Position numbers and translations under genes: made by a program
In this document: piece after piece, positions 30,445 to 41,100 of the stretch
How positions within the stretch are numbered: position 1 is the first letter of the stretch
Layout: each line of letters begins with the position of its first letter
Origin: a virus
Virus record (IMG/VR): IMGVR_UViG_3300027759_000075
Coordinates: 1-64,000 of that record
Length of the DNA stretch: 64,000 nucleotides
Reading direction: 5' to 3' (one strand)
Notes under the pieces: model-generated
Database searches by the model: none
What the model was told of the DNA's origin: nothing
Seen by the model: only the letters and a program-made list of their open reading frames with translations

Positions 30445-31118
30445 TAGTCTTTCCTTCCGCCAAACAACTGTAACAAGCTCAAGAACAGGTTGATGAAATC
30501 CAGGTACAAGCTAAGGGCACCTAGCACTTCTTCGCGGCCAGTGTCAGTATCTTGAGATACCAACTGACGAATTGTTTGTGTGTCGTATGCAGTTAGTCCC
30601 AGAAAGATAATGATAGCAACGGCACTGATAACCATTTGCAATACTGTGCTACCAATAAAAATATTAACAATGCTGGCAATAACAATAGCAATTAGTCCTA
30701 CAAACATAAAAGAACCAACACTAGTCAAATCCTTTTTAGTGAAGTAACCATACATGCTCATGGTTGCAAACAATACTGCACCGCCCATGAACGCTGTAAA
30801 GATACTGCCCATAGTAAACACAGCAAAGATTGTGGCAAAACTCAAGCCCATCAATGCGGCAAATGCCTGCAAGAACACTTGCAATTCAAACTTGCTGAAC
30901 CGTTCTGCGGCAAACGACATTATTAAAATAGCTGCCAGTGGAGCAAAAATTACAACCCATTTTGTAACACCTGTAAAAAAGAACTGTAATAACTCGGGGC
31001 TGGTGCCTACAACGTAACTCACAATCATTGATACAACAACGGCAAGACTCATGTAACCATACACACGACCCATTGCTTCGTTAATACCTGCGGCACTGCG
31101 ATAAACTGCTGTATTCAT
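30444..31118 (-). CDS. Bax inhibitor-1/YccA family membrane protein
   Basis: 7 TM; AYDTQ, ALSLYLDFINLF. Confidence 0.92.
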   Translation of the reverse strand: MNTAVYRSAAGINEAMGRVYGYMSLAVVVSMIVSYVVGTSPELLQFFFTGVTKWVVIFAPLAAILIMSFAAERFSKFELQVFLQAFAALMGLSFATIFAVFTMGSIFTAFMGGAVLFATMSMYGYFTKKDLTSVGSFMFVGLIAIVIASIVNIFIGSTVLQMVISAVAIIIFLGLTAYDTQTIRQLVSQDTDTGREEVLGALSLYLDFINLFLSLLQLFGGRKD

Positions 31119-31128
31119 ACGTTTCTCC

Positions 31129-32301
31129 TTAAATTAATATGGATGCTACAATCTTTTCCAAAGATTCAATAGGATCCCACGGCCGACAAAATTTTTCACG
31201 ATTTGCACGACCTTCTTTAGTATCTGGATCATAGTCAATCCAACTAAACTCTGTGCCATCACACTCAGGGCAATGATCATCGTAGTTGTCGTCTGTACGG
31301 CGATCTGACCCCATTCCTATCCAACCACACTCTTTATTGTCGCAAACAACATCTACTGGCTCTGGGGGTTGATTGACCCAACTACTTGTGTCCCAATTAT
31401 AACCGCTCCAAGACTCTACACCCGACTGTGGTTTAAACTTGCCGTATTCCCACTCGCCAAACTCTTTACCATCCCAGTACAAACTACCATAGGTTGTGCC
31501 AAAGTTGCTCCATACTGCACTATAATAACCTGGAATTGTTGGTTTAACTTTTTTAAACTTAAATGTTTCAGACTTTTCCCAAGTGCTTGGACTGGTACCA
31601 TATTCGGGATGGCCCCAATCTTTTTCTTTGGGCTCGTAGCGTTCCCAATTGCCCTCATCATCAATAAGTCTAACCATAGTAAAGTCAGAACTTTTGCCGT
31701 CGGTGCTACCACCCCAGTTGTCAAGATCTTCACCGTCGTACTGTACACCGCTAACAATTTCTTCGCCGTCAACTTCTTCGTAGCACAAGGTTAGCTTGGT
31801 GATGTCAAATGGTGCTGTAAGTTCAAAGTCTGATTCATAGAATGTGCCTTTTTCATTTGAACTACCAACAAATACAATCTCGCCCTTTTTGCGAGATCCT
31901 ATAAAGCATTCATCTGTGCATGACCAGTCTGGACTGTCGTCGCTAGATCCATCTAACGCATCTAATGACTTTTCAAACACAGTATTGCCGTTTTCATCTT
32001 CAATCTGTAGTGTGCCACTATCGCGGCTAACACCATTGGTGTGTGTCATGTCATCACACTCATACCATGATCCAGGAGGAAATGGCAACATATCTTCGTC
32101 AAGATCCATTTCTTCTGCGGCATCACTGTTCCACGCAATGTCACTCAAGTCAACTTGATGCTCCATACAGTAATCCCAAACTTCTTGGGTTGTTGTGCCC
32201 ATGACTCGTTCACCACCGTAACCCCACATACTAATTTTGTATGTGCGTGGAGTAAATTTTAGTGTTTCAATTAACTGTTCTTTTTCTGCTTGTGTTGCCA
32301 T
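31129..32301 (-). CDS. Acidic hypothetical protein with C-terminal Zn ribbon
   Basis: CDNKEC..CPEC. Confidence 0.6.
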   Translation of the reverse strand: MATQAEKEQLIETLKFTPRTYKISMWGYGGERVMGTTTQEVWDYCMEHQVDLSDIAWNSDAAEEMDLDEDMLPFPPGSWYECDDMTHTNGVSRDSGTLQIEDENGNTVFEKSLDALDGSSDDSPDWSCTDECFIGSRKKGEIVFVGSSNEKGTFYESDFELTAPFDITKLTLCYEEVDGEEIVSGVQYDGEDLDNWGGSTDGKSSDFTMVRLIDDEGNWERYEPKEKDWGHPEYGTSPSTWEKSETFKFKKVKPTIPGYYSAVWSNFGTTYGSLYWDGKEFGEWEYGKFKPQSGVESWSGYNWDTSSWVNQPPEPVDVVCDNKECGWIGMGSDRRTDDNYDDHCPECDGTEFSWIDYDPDTKEGRANREKFCRPWDPIESLEKIVASILI

Positions 32302-32413
32302 TATTCGCCTCTAAAATGTTCTACCCAAAAATAAACAATAGTTGCTACCATTGCGGCTACACTCATTGTAACTAGGCCTTCGATTAACCAAGTCTGTTCC
32401 ATAAACCAATCAA

Positions 32414-33793
32414 TCATAATTTTTCTCCAGGTTCAAATCCACGAAAACGAACAAAACGAGGGAATCTTAAACTGTAAGTTCCGTCTTGATTTTGTGTGAC
32501 TGCGTCTGCTTCAACTTCAACCACATTGCCAAGTAGCTGATCTCTGGCACTCCAATATTCATCACGATTAGCATCGGAAAGGCCACTGCCCACATTAACA
32601 TTAATACGACGATCATTATCGACTCCTTCACATATTATAGCACCCAAGCGGCCGGCATTGCGACCTGTGCCTTGTTCAAATCCAACAATATTTAAGTCTA
32701 CCGTGATTGTAGGTTTCCATTTCATCCAGTGAGTTGATCTACGACATTCATATGGAGCACCCATGTCTTTTATAACAATACCTTCAAACCCGGCCGCCAC
32801 AGAATCTTCTGCATAGCGACGCATGACATCATGACCTTCGGCTGTAGCTAGGTCTACAGTAATACCGTCCATGATACGAACACAATCTGTAGCATCAAAT
32901 ACTGCGCGATATTCTTCCAAGATAGCCAGGCGTTTATATTGTTGGGCATTCCAAAAACCACGCTCAAAGTCGGCTAACGGTACAACATCAAACACACTAT
33001 AAGTCATGCCATCTGTTTTGACATCTGTTTTGCGTTGTGCCTGCTTCATTAATGCTTGAAAACTTTCACCAATGATCTCACCATCTAATACAAACCCATG
33101 TTGGCTAGACTGTAATAGTTTGGCAAATTTATTTCTAATATCTTCTAATGACTCTACAATCTGTGGAAAGTTATCAAACGGTTTGCCGTTACGGCTGTAA
33201 AGATTTACGGTGGTTTTAGTTACCACAGCCAACACACGCACACCATCCAACTTCTGTTCCAGGCGTTTAATACCAGTCATCTTGGCTGTATGCTTTTCAC
33301 TGTCTGTGGCCAGTTGACAAGTAAACACTGGAATTTTCCATTCAGTATTACCAAGAACTTTGTTTAGAGTCTTTTCACTAATGCCACAGCGTAGGTCTTT
33401 AATAATAACTCTACGAGCAAGGTTGTTCCACTCTACTGAATCGAATTGTTCGCTCATGAACTCAATAGCTGTCTTGGCATTGTGTCCGGTTAGACTGCGA
33501 GTGCGTAGACCTTCCAGCATGGCCCAAAACTTTGGCCAAGGATTAGACTTGTGCTCTAGCCCTATAGTTTCTGGAACTTTCTTTACTCCAAATACATAGT
33601 AGGGGTTGTAGGCCTGATAGCAGTTGAACAAAAAGCATTGAGCATTAGACGACCCTAACTTACTTGCCATTAGGGCCTTTTCAATGACGGATTCTTTGTG
33701 TAAACGGCTGTCGCTTGATTCCAGGTCTCTAATCCAGTCTGCGGCCACTTTGATCTCATTAAATTGCTCGGAGGTGAAGTCTATCGAGTCCAT
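32414..33793 (-). CDS. ATP-dependent DNA ligase
   Basis: EQKLDGVR, LDGE, EGIVIK, W.KWK, SLRFPRF. Confidence 0.95.
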   Translation of the reverse strand: MDSIDFTSEQFNEIKVAADWIRDLESSDSRLHKESVIEKALMASKLGSSNAQCFLFNCYQAYNPYYVFGVKKVPETIGLEHKSNPWPKFWAMLEGLRTRSLTGHNAKTAIEFMSEQFDSVEWNNLARRVIIKDLRCGISEKTLNKVLGNTEWKIPVFTCQLATDSEKHTAKMTGIKRLEQKLDGVRVLAVVTKTTVNLYSRNGKPFDNFPQIVESLEDIRNKFAKLLQSSQHGFVLDGEIIGESFQALMKQAQRKTDVKTDGMTYSVFDVVPLADFERGFWNAQQYKRLAILEEYRAVFDATDCVRIMDGITVDLATAEGHDVMRRYAEDSVAAGFEGIVIKDMGAPYECRRSTHWMKWKPTITVDLNIVGFEQGTGRNAGRLGAIICEGVDNDRRINVNVGSGLSDANRDEYWSARDQLLGNVVEVEADAVTQNQDGTYSLRFPRFVRFRGFEPGEKL

Positions 33794-33805
33794 TTATTTA
33801 ATCAG

Positions 33806-34537
33806 TTAGTTGGAGACTGAAACTTGTCCTATTACGGCACCAGGCTTTTTCAATGCTTCATCTCGACGTGCCTTGTATTCAGCATTGTCTACTGGCATCA
33901 AATTAAAAGTAGATGTGCCACCACTGGGTTGCACTACACTAATCTCAGTACCTTTTTGTGGAGCGACCGGAGTTACTTCTACAGGTTTCTTAGCACCAGT
34001 AACTTCATCTAACTCTTTGAACGCTTCTGGAGCACGGGCCTGTGCATCTTTAGTAGCCTTCAACACATTCTTGTCACCAAGTGGCAGTGTAACCAACACA
34101 TAGGTACGAATACGATTGCCTTCTGACACATGTTTCATTTCTACAGTCTCTACACCAGTGATGTCAACGTCGGCACACATGCTACGGATGGCCAATTCAC
34201 TTTGATCCACACCAACATCGCCTGAATCGGATTTGAACATCTTGGTTTGCTGACGGATCTTACCGCCTGCGGCTGTACAAATCTTTGCATAGGCCATGGT
34301 CTTGGCTTTGATATCAGCAAATCCAAAGTCGCTACTTGTGGCTGTGCCGTTTTCAAAGATATAGCCAGGTGCCTTGGGCAACTTGCTCATCCACTCTGGT
34401 GCTTGGCTGATTGCTGAACTCATTTGTGCAGTTTTTACACTGTCTTGACCAGAATACATAGCACTGTAATTGGTGCCTTTTGTACCACATGCTGTTAAAA
34501 TACCTGTTACTGCTAGTGCAATTGCTACTTTTTTCAT
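33806..34537 (-). CDS. LPP20-like lipoprotein
   Basis: Lipobox LTAC; APEWM. Confidence 0.75.
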   Translation of the reverse strand: MKKVAIALAVTGILTACGTKGTNYSAMYSGQDSVKTAQMSSAISQAPEWMSKLPKAPGYIFENGTATSSDFGFADIKAKTMAYAKICTAAGGKIRQQTKMFKSDSGDVGVDQSELAIRSMCADVDITGVETVEMKHVSEGNRIRTYVLVTLPLGDKNVLKATKDAQARAPEAFKELDEVTGAKKPVEVTPVAPQKGTEISVVQPSGGTSTFNLMPVDNAEYKARRDEALKKPGAVIGQVSVSN

Positions 34538-34571
34538 TTTATTCCCCTTAGGGTTCGGTTTCAATAATAAC

Positions 34572-34600
34572 ATTATACTACAATCCTTACCATTTGTCAA
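34572..34600 (-). promoter_or_regulatory. Consensus sigma70 promoter
   Basis: TTGACA-N17-TATAAT. Confidence 0.8.
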
Positions 34601-35153
34601 CTACCTGCCATTCATTACCATTCACTTGACAAATAATACCCTGGCGTTGTAGTAAATCACGACCAGGGTGTACTTCAGGTTCAATAAACCATCTGCATTG
34701 AGCAGTTCGGTAAGCAAAAGGCTTTGGAAAGTGTGGGTGCGGACGCACTTCGCTTTCACGAACCGTTTCACCACGCTTGACTGTACGCACCTTTATTTCG
34801 GGTTGCTCGTTACATACCATGTTTTGTTCTACTGCTAGATTAGCACCACCAGCTCTACTTAGTATCTGAATACGTCCAGAATCCACTGCACTAGCACATA
34901 GGTCCTTTTCACTGATCGATTTTGGACCAATCTTTTCTCCCTCGGCCGTAATCCACTGCCCATTTACTTGTGCCCTAAACATTACAATACACTTGTTCTG
35001 TGTAAAGGAAATAGGAACAACCAATGGCTCTACATCAGCCACCGCGGTAATCGATATTGCGGTTTGGTTGGTCACAGCCGATCTGACATAGCAGTCGGCA
35101 TACGCCGTACTAGTCATAGTCAATGCAAGAATTACAGTTGTTTTACGGAACAT
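34587..35153 (-). CDS. Secreted Cys-rich protein
   Basis: Signal peptide ending AYA; 6 Cys. Confidence 0.65.
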   Translation of the reverse strand: MFRKTTVILALTMTSTAYADCYVRSAVTNQTAISITAVADVEPLVVPISFTQNKCIVMFRAQVNGQWITAEGEKIGPKSISEKDLCASAVDSGRIQILSRAGGANLAVEQNMVCNEQPEIKVRTVKRGETVRESEVRPHPHFPKPFAYRTAQCRWFIEPEVHPGRDLLQRQGIICQVNGNEWQVVDKW

Positions 35154-35401
35154 GATGATCTCAAGGACCAAAGAACATTTTTCATCTGACCATACATTCT
35201 ACGATCTTCCAAGGTAGTAGGGCGATCTTTATAATACTCATTGTAACTGTTTATTTCTTGAGTTAGATAATCAATTTGAGTACGGGCTTGGCTACAGCTG
35301 GCCACAAAGTTTTTCATGTCAGGAGGATAATATTTCTTCTCTGGCTGACTTGCACATCCAACCAAAAACACAATGCTGAGAATAATTAAATGTTTAATCA
35401 T
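35132..35401 (-). CDS. Small lipoprotein
   Basis: Lipobox LVGC. Confidence 0.7.
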   Translation of the reverse strand: MIKHLIILSIVFLVGCASQPEKKYYPPDMKNFVASCSQARTQIDYLTQEINSYNEYYKDRPTTLEDRRMYGQMKNVLWSLRSSCSVKQL

Positions 35402-35548
35402 TTTGTTGGTGACGATATTCGCGCTTTAACCAAAATTTATACATACGAAAATATGTATCAGCATCACATGGAGTGTATCCTAACTCTATAGCTTCATCTT
35501 TGTGATCCATGTAGATTTTTTGCAACCAACGTCTAAAGGCAGATTGTT

Positions 35549-35737
35549 TCATTTCTTCTCCATGATGTGTTTAATCACTGCAGAGGCTTCTGGAAAACCT
35601 TGTTTTTCTTTTGCGGTCACTGTTAATTCAATCATTTGTCGTTGGGTTTCGTGTAGACCTGATACAAAGGTCATAATCTGATCTCGGGTCAGGACCTGAC
35701 GAAGTGACGTAATTATGTCTTTTTTCTTAGAATCCAT
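35549..35737 (-). CDS. Hypothetical protein
   Basis: RBS GAGGAG; coupled to neighbours. Confidence 0.5.
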   Translation of the reverse strand: MDSKKKDIITSLRQVLTRDQIMTFVSGLHETQRQMIELTVTAKEKQGFPEASAVIKHIMEKK

Positions 35738-35888
35738 TACACTGTCTCCTCATTACAGTCACGGGCAAAGATACGGGCCACATCTTCCTGGGTCACATAG
35801 TCTTTGAAGTAGATGTAAGTCCCTTCTTGGCTACGACCCAGGGCCTGCCATTCCATGATTTCGATTTCAATATCTTTATAAAAACCCA

Positions 35889-36209
35889 TTATACCATCTC
35901 CCCATAGGCCTGTACATCACCATCAGCGGACCACTCGGCATATTCTTTAGGGTCAACAGTATTGTCAAATTCTGCTTCGTCAACTACCCAACCCTGGCGA
36001 CGTAGTTCTTCACGACCAACAAAGGTCTCTTTCATTGCATCCATAGTGTCGTGGATACGGGTAATCTGTGCTTCTAACCACTCACGGTTGTTCCAGTCTT
36101 CACTACTACCAAGGGTGCGTGGACGGAAACCATAAAAGTCCTTGTGGAAGTCACTGAAGTAGCCTTGTAATTCTTCTACATTGTACTGGGCTAAATGGTT
36201 CTGTGTCAT
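35889..36209 (-). CDS. Phage early hypothetical protein
   Basis: SDFHKDFYGFRPR motif. Confidence 0.65.
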   Translation of the reverse strand: MTQNHLAQYNVEELQGYFSDFHKDFYGFRPRTLGSSEDWNNREWLEAQITRIHDTMDAMKETFVGREELRRQGWVVDEAEFDNTVDPKEYAEWSADGDVQAYGEMV

Positions 36210-36238
36210 ATCTGCTCCTTATTATTAACTATACAACT

Positions 36239-36267
36239 ATTATAACAAATCGGGCATTTTTGGTCAA
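36239..36267 (-). promoter_or_regulatory. Early sigma70 promoter, cassette copy 3
   Basis: TTGACC-N17-TATAAT; spacer identical to copy 2. Confidence 0.88.
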
Positions 36268-36268
36268 C

Positions 36269-36544
36269 CTAGCTGTTTACAGTAGCAAACGGGCTAAAAT
36301 CTTCAGATTTAGACTGTTGTTTTTCCGCAACAAAGTCGTAAGCATATTCACCGGTGCTGAGTATTTTAGGAGTTACTTGAACACGGCCTACTCCATAGTT
36401 TTTACTCAACATATGGAAAACTTGGCGAGCTTCTTTTTCGTTTATACTACCCACAAATAAAGTGCCATTATAAAATTCAGCTAGATCATCTTGTTTAAGA
36501 GTGTCGGCTACTTGATTTAATACAATTGATTCAAATCCCATCAT
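36269..36544 (-). CDS. Early hypothetical protein
   Basis: After promoter copy 4; RBS AAAGGAG. Confidence 0.6.
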   Translation of the reverse strand: MMGFESIVLNQVADTLKQDDLAEFYNGTLFVGSINEKEARQVFHMLSKNYGVGRVQVTPKILSTGEYAYDFVAEKQQSKSEDFSPFATVNS

Positions 36545-36608
36545 CTGCTCCTTTATTTTCACTATACAAGTATTATAGCAAATTGGGCATTTTGAGTCAA
36601 CCGTTTGG
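36544..36608 (-). repeat. Early promoter/RBS cassette copy 4; direct repeat of 3854-3918
   Basis: 60/65 identical; TTGACT-N17-TATAAT. Confidence 0.9.
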
Positions 36609-36628
36609 GTGTGGCTTTTTTACAACAC

Positions 36629-37651
36629 CTATTTGACTACTAAATTGGCGGCCTGTTGGGCTGTATAAGTAGAGGGGATTAAATTTGCTGTTGGAATAGG
36701 TGGGTTAGGAGTATCTGGAACAAAGGAACTAGTCTGTATGCCAGCATTACCTAGATATGCTAAGTTTTGCCCTTCTCTTAGTACTGCTACAACAGCCTGG
36801 CCCGTGAACGTGCTGATGATGGCAACCCCTTCCCAGAACTGTGCCATGCCACCTTGTTCGGTCTGTCGACCATAACTAGGCAAACTATTGATCAAACTGT
36901 AGACTGTGGGATTATTATTAGCAATAAGATTTCCAAAATCTATTTGGGCTGCTGATTGTAAATTTTGTTCTTGCACAATCTGTACGCCAAGAGAATTAAA
37001 ATTTGAATTAAGAACGGCAACTTGTGCTGGACTATTAGTGACAATATTTCCAATTTCGGGATATGTCACTGCAAATAATCCAGGCCCAGTAGCTGGAAGA
37101 ACATTGCCGGTTCCATCATCGCCAGCACCGCCAGTAAATGCATTATCTGCCGCTGTAGCTACCACAGTAAGAACATTGCCCACATTAGCTATGTTTGCAT
37201 AGTATGTTCCGGCAGCTGGTTGACCGCTAGGAATTGTCACAGGGCCGTTGACTGGATTACCGTATACGCTACCGACTACACTATTCATGTTTTGATATAT
37301 TGTGGTTAGATAGGTAGTGTTAGTATTTGCTAGGGTAGACACTGTATTAATAAAAATATCAGAAACTAGATATCCAGCGGCAATTCCTAAAACGTCACAA
37401 ATGACAACTGAATTTCCATTAGAGGCGGCAATATTTGATAGATAGCTGGCCACATTAGCAGGAACTGCTTGTGTTAGTGCTGATATTTGGTCAAGATTAT
37501 TAGTAGTTTGTAAATTAATAGTTGTATTAGCCAGCACTGGCAAAGTTATATTTTTAACGCCAGAGATTCGTTGAAGGCTGGTAGCCAACGCTTTAGCAGC
37601 CAAAGCCTGGTCTGGAGGAATAATTTGACTGAGTCTATCGTAGGTTATCAT
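36629..37651 (-). CDS. Putative baseplate/tail structural protein
   Basis: N/A/T/G-rich; downstream of PAAR. Confidence 0.55.
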   Translation of the reverse strand: MITYDRLSQIIPPDQALAAKALATSLQRISGVKNITLPVLANTTINLQTTNNLDQISALTQAVPANVASYLSNIAASNGNSVVICDVLGIAAGYLVSDIFINTVSTLANTNTTYLTTIYQNMNSVVGSVYGNPVNGPVTIPSGQPAAGTYYANIANVGNVLTVVATAADNAFTGGAGDDGTGNVLPATGPGLFAVTYPEIGNIVTNSPAQVAVLNSNFNSLGVQIVQEQNLQSAAQIDFGNLIANNNPTVYSLINSLPSYGRQTEQGGMAQFWEGVAIISTFTGQAVVAVLREGQNLAYLGNAGIQTSSFVPDTPNPPIPTANLIPSTYTAQQAANLVVK

Positions 37652-38604
37652 ACTAGGCTACTTATTACGTAAGGTGGTAACTGTGTGGCCAATGCAGTAT
37701 TAACCGACCCAACAGCATCAAGATATATTGCTCTAGGACCATTGGCCGTAGGTGCTGTTAGACTCTGATAACTGTTAGGAAATAATTTTAGTGGATTCAA
37801 CAAGTCGGCCATAGTACTAATGCCCGTGGTAGTCACACCTAACACTGTTAAAACTTGATTTAAATTGTCTCCGGTAATTGTAGTCATTGCCTGATACATA
37901 AGTTTTTGTATACTGTCGGTCACTGACGTTGTTGGTCTGTTTATGTTCAGTACTATATCTGTTGATATACCAGCCGCAACAAACGCTTGTGATAAAATAG
38001 GAATAACTCCAGCCACGGAATACAATTGTTGTGTTAAGGCCAGCGGACTTCCAAAATTTCCAAGGTTGTTTAGATTGATTAATCTGCCTAAATTTTGTAG
38101 GTCAGTACCAAATGGGCCTGTAGCTAAATTTACATTAGTAATCTCTCCAGTAGTCATACTATTCATCGAAGTGAATGTATCAGCAAGATAGGTTTGAGAA
38201 TTTACTGCGCTATTAATGAATATGCTAGATTGTTCAGTATAAGACTGTGCTTGGTTGACTGCTTGTGCAAGTTTGCTAACATTATTACTACATATATCCA
38301 CTGCGGCCTCTGCTAATACTGCTGTGGTCATTTGGGTGCCAAGACTACTGTATGCAGGAGGAATACTGTTGCTTAGTGCCGAACACGTATTAGCCGCCAA
38401 GGTTTCAACATTACTAATGACATTAGCTGATAATATATTTCCAGTGGATCCCACACTGATTGTGCTTAACAACGGAGAAATTAACGATGTATTTTCGTAA
38501 CTAGAAATTGCAGAAGTTAAGTTGGCACTAATGCCAATGCCTTGATTTTGTAATAATCCTGCAGCAGCGTTAAGTTGTAATGCGGTTAAAGTTCCTGTGG
38601 CCAT
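37648..38604 (-). CDS. Putative baseplate/tail structural protein
   Basis: Composition; adjacent to PAAR. Confidence 0.55.
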   Translation of the reverse strand: MATGTLTALQLNAAAGLLQNQGIGISANLTSAISSYENTSLISPLLSTISVGSTGNILSANVISNVETLAANTCSALSNSIPPAYSSLGTQMTTAVLAEAAVDICSNNVSKLAQAVNQAQSYTEQSSIFINSAVNSQTYLADTFTSMNSMTTGEITNVNLATGPFGTDLQNLGRLINLNNLGNFGSPLALTQQLYSVAGVIPILSQAFVAAGISTDIVLNINRPTTSVTDSIQKLMYQAMTTITGDNLNQVLTVLGVTTTGISTMADLLNPLKLFPNSYQSLTAPTANGPRAIYLDAVGSVNTALATQLPPYVISSLV

Positions 38605-38606
38605 GA

Positions 38607-38897
38607 TTACCCTACTATTACGTTGGGGCTGCCGCTTGCTCTAGGATGTCCACATGTGTCAACATCATCGGTAAAAATCAACGGAACACCATTAACCAAT
38701 ACAGTAGAATTGCTGGCTTGAGTCTTTGCATTACAATGTGTTGGTGGGCAACCCTTACGGCCACAACAAGGATGTGGACTTACAGAGACTCCACGGATAG
38801 CTACAGCACGACCGTTGACCAATACTGTGTCATCTCCATTGAGAATTACGCCGCCGGCAGTATTTCGATCTCCTACACGCTGTATTGACTTGCCCAT
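38607..38897 (-). CDS. PAAR spike-tip protein (gp5.4-like)
   Basis: RVGD, VLVNG repeats, TCGH, GSPNV. Confidence 0.9.
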   Translation of the reverse strand: MGKSIQRVGDRNTAGGVILNGDDTVLVNGRAVAIRGVSVSPHPCCGRKGCPPTHCNAKTQASNSTVLVNGVPLIFTDDVDTCGHPRASGSPNVIVG

Positions 38898-38898
38898 C

Positions 38899-39201
38899 TT
38901 AGCCCATTAAAATTTTACTATTACGTACCGGCTTAATACCAGTGGTTGCTTCCAAGTAACTATCGCACACTTCTTCACGGCTAGGTGCAATAATTGATAC
39001 CTGTTGTTTATTTATAGAGACCGTTTTGTCAGGATCTGCTGTAAATAAACTATTCATCATGTTAATACCCTGCGGACCCGGAATTACTGTCAATGGTTTT
39101 GCCACTGTGTATGCGGTGTCGTTTTCTGCGATAATTTTTGCTACAATTTCGTCGCCGTTGGCAATTTTAAATGTATAAACTTGATCTAATTCTACTTTCA
39201 T
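38899..39201 (-). CDS. Sm-like fold phage protein
   Basis: FKIANGDEIVAKI..Y...TTGI. Confidence 0.65.
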   Translation of the reverse strand: MKVELDQVYTFKIANGDEIVAKIIAENDTAYTVAKPLTVIPGPQGINMMNSLFTADPDKTVSINKQQVSIIAPSREEVCDSYLEATTGIKPVRNSKILMG

Positions 39202-39202
39202 G

Positions 39203-39427
39203 TTATCCTTGTAAATGTTTTCTTAATTCTGTAAATCCACCAATATACGCTTTGTCTAAAAAGATTTGTGGTAAAGTGCGGGCTGTAGGTACGGCTTCTA
39301 ACAACTGCTCTCGAGTCCAATCTTTACTTACGTTACGTTCTTCAAATTCAATACCACGTGATTCCAATAATGCTTTTGCCTGAACACAAAAAGGACAGGC
39401 GTCCTTGCTCCATACTATCGCTTGCAT
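39203..39427 (-). CDS. Glutaredoxin
   Basis: CPFC, TLPQIF, IGGF. Confidence 0.93.
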   Translation of the reverse strand: MQAIVWSKDACPFCVQAKALLESRGIEFEERNVSKDWTREQLLEAVPTARTLPQIFLDKAYIGGFTELRKHLQG

Positions 39428-39446
39428 AATCTTCTCCTTATTATTA

Positions 39447-40547
39447 TTATAAACTAGGCAACTGGTCGTAGTCAAGTGTGTCCGACATGACTCCTATTAC
39501 ATAGTTAGTTGACTCTGACTCTTGTAGTGCAGTTTGTTTATTACTTGTATTCACGTGTTTGTTAAACCACGGAATAGGTGTTGTCTTAGGAGCAGGAGTT
39601 TGATACTTGATACCTACTTCTTTGAGTGCGCCCACTGCTGTATAGTCAACAAAGTCTTTGAGAATGTTGGCGTTGAGTCCAATAACCGGCCCTTTGTTAA
39701 ACAAATAGTCAGCCCATTGTTTTTCTTCACGGATAACATCCTGATACAGTGCATATACTTCAGCTTCACACTCAGCACGAGCTTCAGCAAAGCGTGGATC
39801 TTCTTTGCATACTTGATTAATCATCCAAGCAGTCCAGTCCTTGTGTAAAATTTCATCTTGTAGGATCAGACTGATAATGTTGCCGTTGCCAATAAAGATA
39901 CGGTTTTCTACCATGGCCAAACTGGTAGCAAAACTTACCATGAAACGGAATGCTTCAAGAGCATAGCTGGCATGTAAGGCCATCCAGATGGCACGGATGT
40001 GTTCTTTTTCTGTTACAGCTTCGCCCAGTTCTTTACGACAGTTGACCAAGTGCAAGGCTTCGTAGTAGTTGCCTACACTGCTAGCCATGTCAACAATTTC
40101 TTTAGTGTCATGAATTGTGTTAAACGCATCCTTAGGAACATTGTAGATATTACGGATAATATGACTGTAACTGCGACTGTGAATGTTGGTTTCCATAAAC
40201 GACCATACCATCACCAGTGCTTCGAGTTCAGGAATGGAACATACAGGACCAAACACTTGTACTGGACCACGGCCTTGCAAACTATCTAGTGCGGTTTGAC
40301 GCAACAAGTTGCTGGTAAAGATATGACGAACTGTGTCACTTGCCTCTTTAAAGTCATTAGCATCTTTGGTTAACGATACTTCTTCGGGTACCCAAAAGAA
40401 CCCTCTTTGTTCCTGCTCAAACTTACCAAGTTTTTGATATTTAATTTCTTCAAACCTTTGTATTGTGACAGGTCCAGCAGGATCAAGGAACATTTTCCTG
40501 CGTGTATAATCTGTTTTTGTTGATAAATCATATTGCGCTCGTGACAT
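39447..40547 (-). CDS. nrdB: Class Ia ribonucleotide reductase beta subunit
   Basis: FFWVPEE, ETNIHSRSY, DEILH. Confidence 0.96.
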   Translation of the reverse strand: MSRAQYDLSTKTDYTRRKMFLDPAGPVTIQRFEEIKYQKLGKFEQEQRGFFWVPEEVSLTKDANDFKEASDTVRHIFTSNLLRQTALDSLQGRGPVQVFGPVCSIPELEALVMVWSFMETNIHSRSYSHIIRNIYNVPKDAFNTIHDTKEIVDMASSVGNYYEALHLVNCRKELGEAVTEKEHIRAIWMALHASYALEAFRFMVSFATSLAMVENRIFIGNGNIISLILQDEILHKDWTAWMINQVCKEDPRFAEARAECEAEVYALYQDVIREEKQWADYLFNKGPVIGLNANILKDFVDYTAVGALKEVGIKYQTPAPKTTPIPWFNKHVNTSNKQTALQESESTNYVIGVMSDTLDYDQLPSL

Positions 40548-41100
40548 ATTTTTCCTTACAGTTGTCAAAGTGCCAACGACTCATTGATAAGAACCCGCCT
40601 TCTTTTTTACAATGCGGACATACCCTATTAGCTCGCGGCTTTAATTTCATTGATGCTCTAGTTTTGTTTTTTGATTCTTCTTTGTGTTTAGCAGGTCCAT
40701 TACCGCCATTGGCCCGTTGCGCTTTACTTATGTTTGCTCTGTGTTCAGCACTTTTTGGCTTACGCATTTTTGCTTTTGTTTCTTCTGACTTAGGTACACC
40801 TTTAGCTAATTCAGATGCTTTTTTTCTTAGCCAGCCAAATAGTTTGTTATTCATCCTGGCTTCTGTGTTATGTATAGTCATAATCATTGCGGCATTAGCT
40901 AAGTGAACATTAGTAGGATGTATTTTAACAAGGAGTTGGTGAGCAAGATAATGTTCTTCAGGATAAAGACTTACAATATTTTCTTTAGCATCGGTGCCAC
41001 CAAGACAACGAGGAACTATGTGATGTTTTTCAACATAGCCTTCGCTTATCCTGCATAATGCACGATTTATTAAATTATTATAAATTTCTTGATATTTCAC
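40528..41100 (-). mobile_element. HNH homing endonuclease with NUMOD3-like repeats between nrdA and nrdB
   Basis: EKHHIVPRCLGG..EEHYLAH; KSEETKAKM; CPHC..WHFDNCK. Confidence 0.88.
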
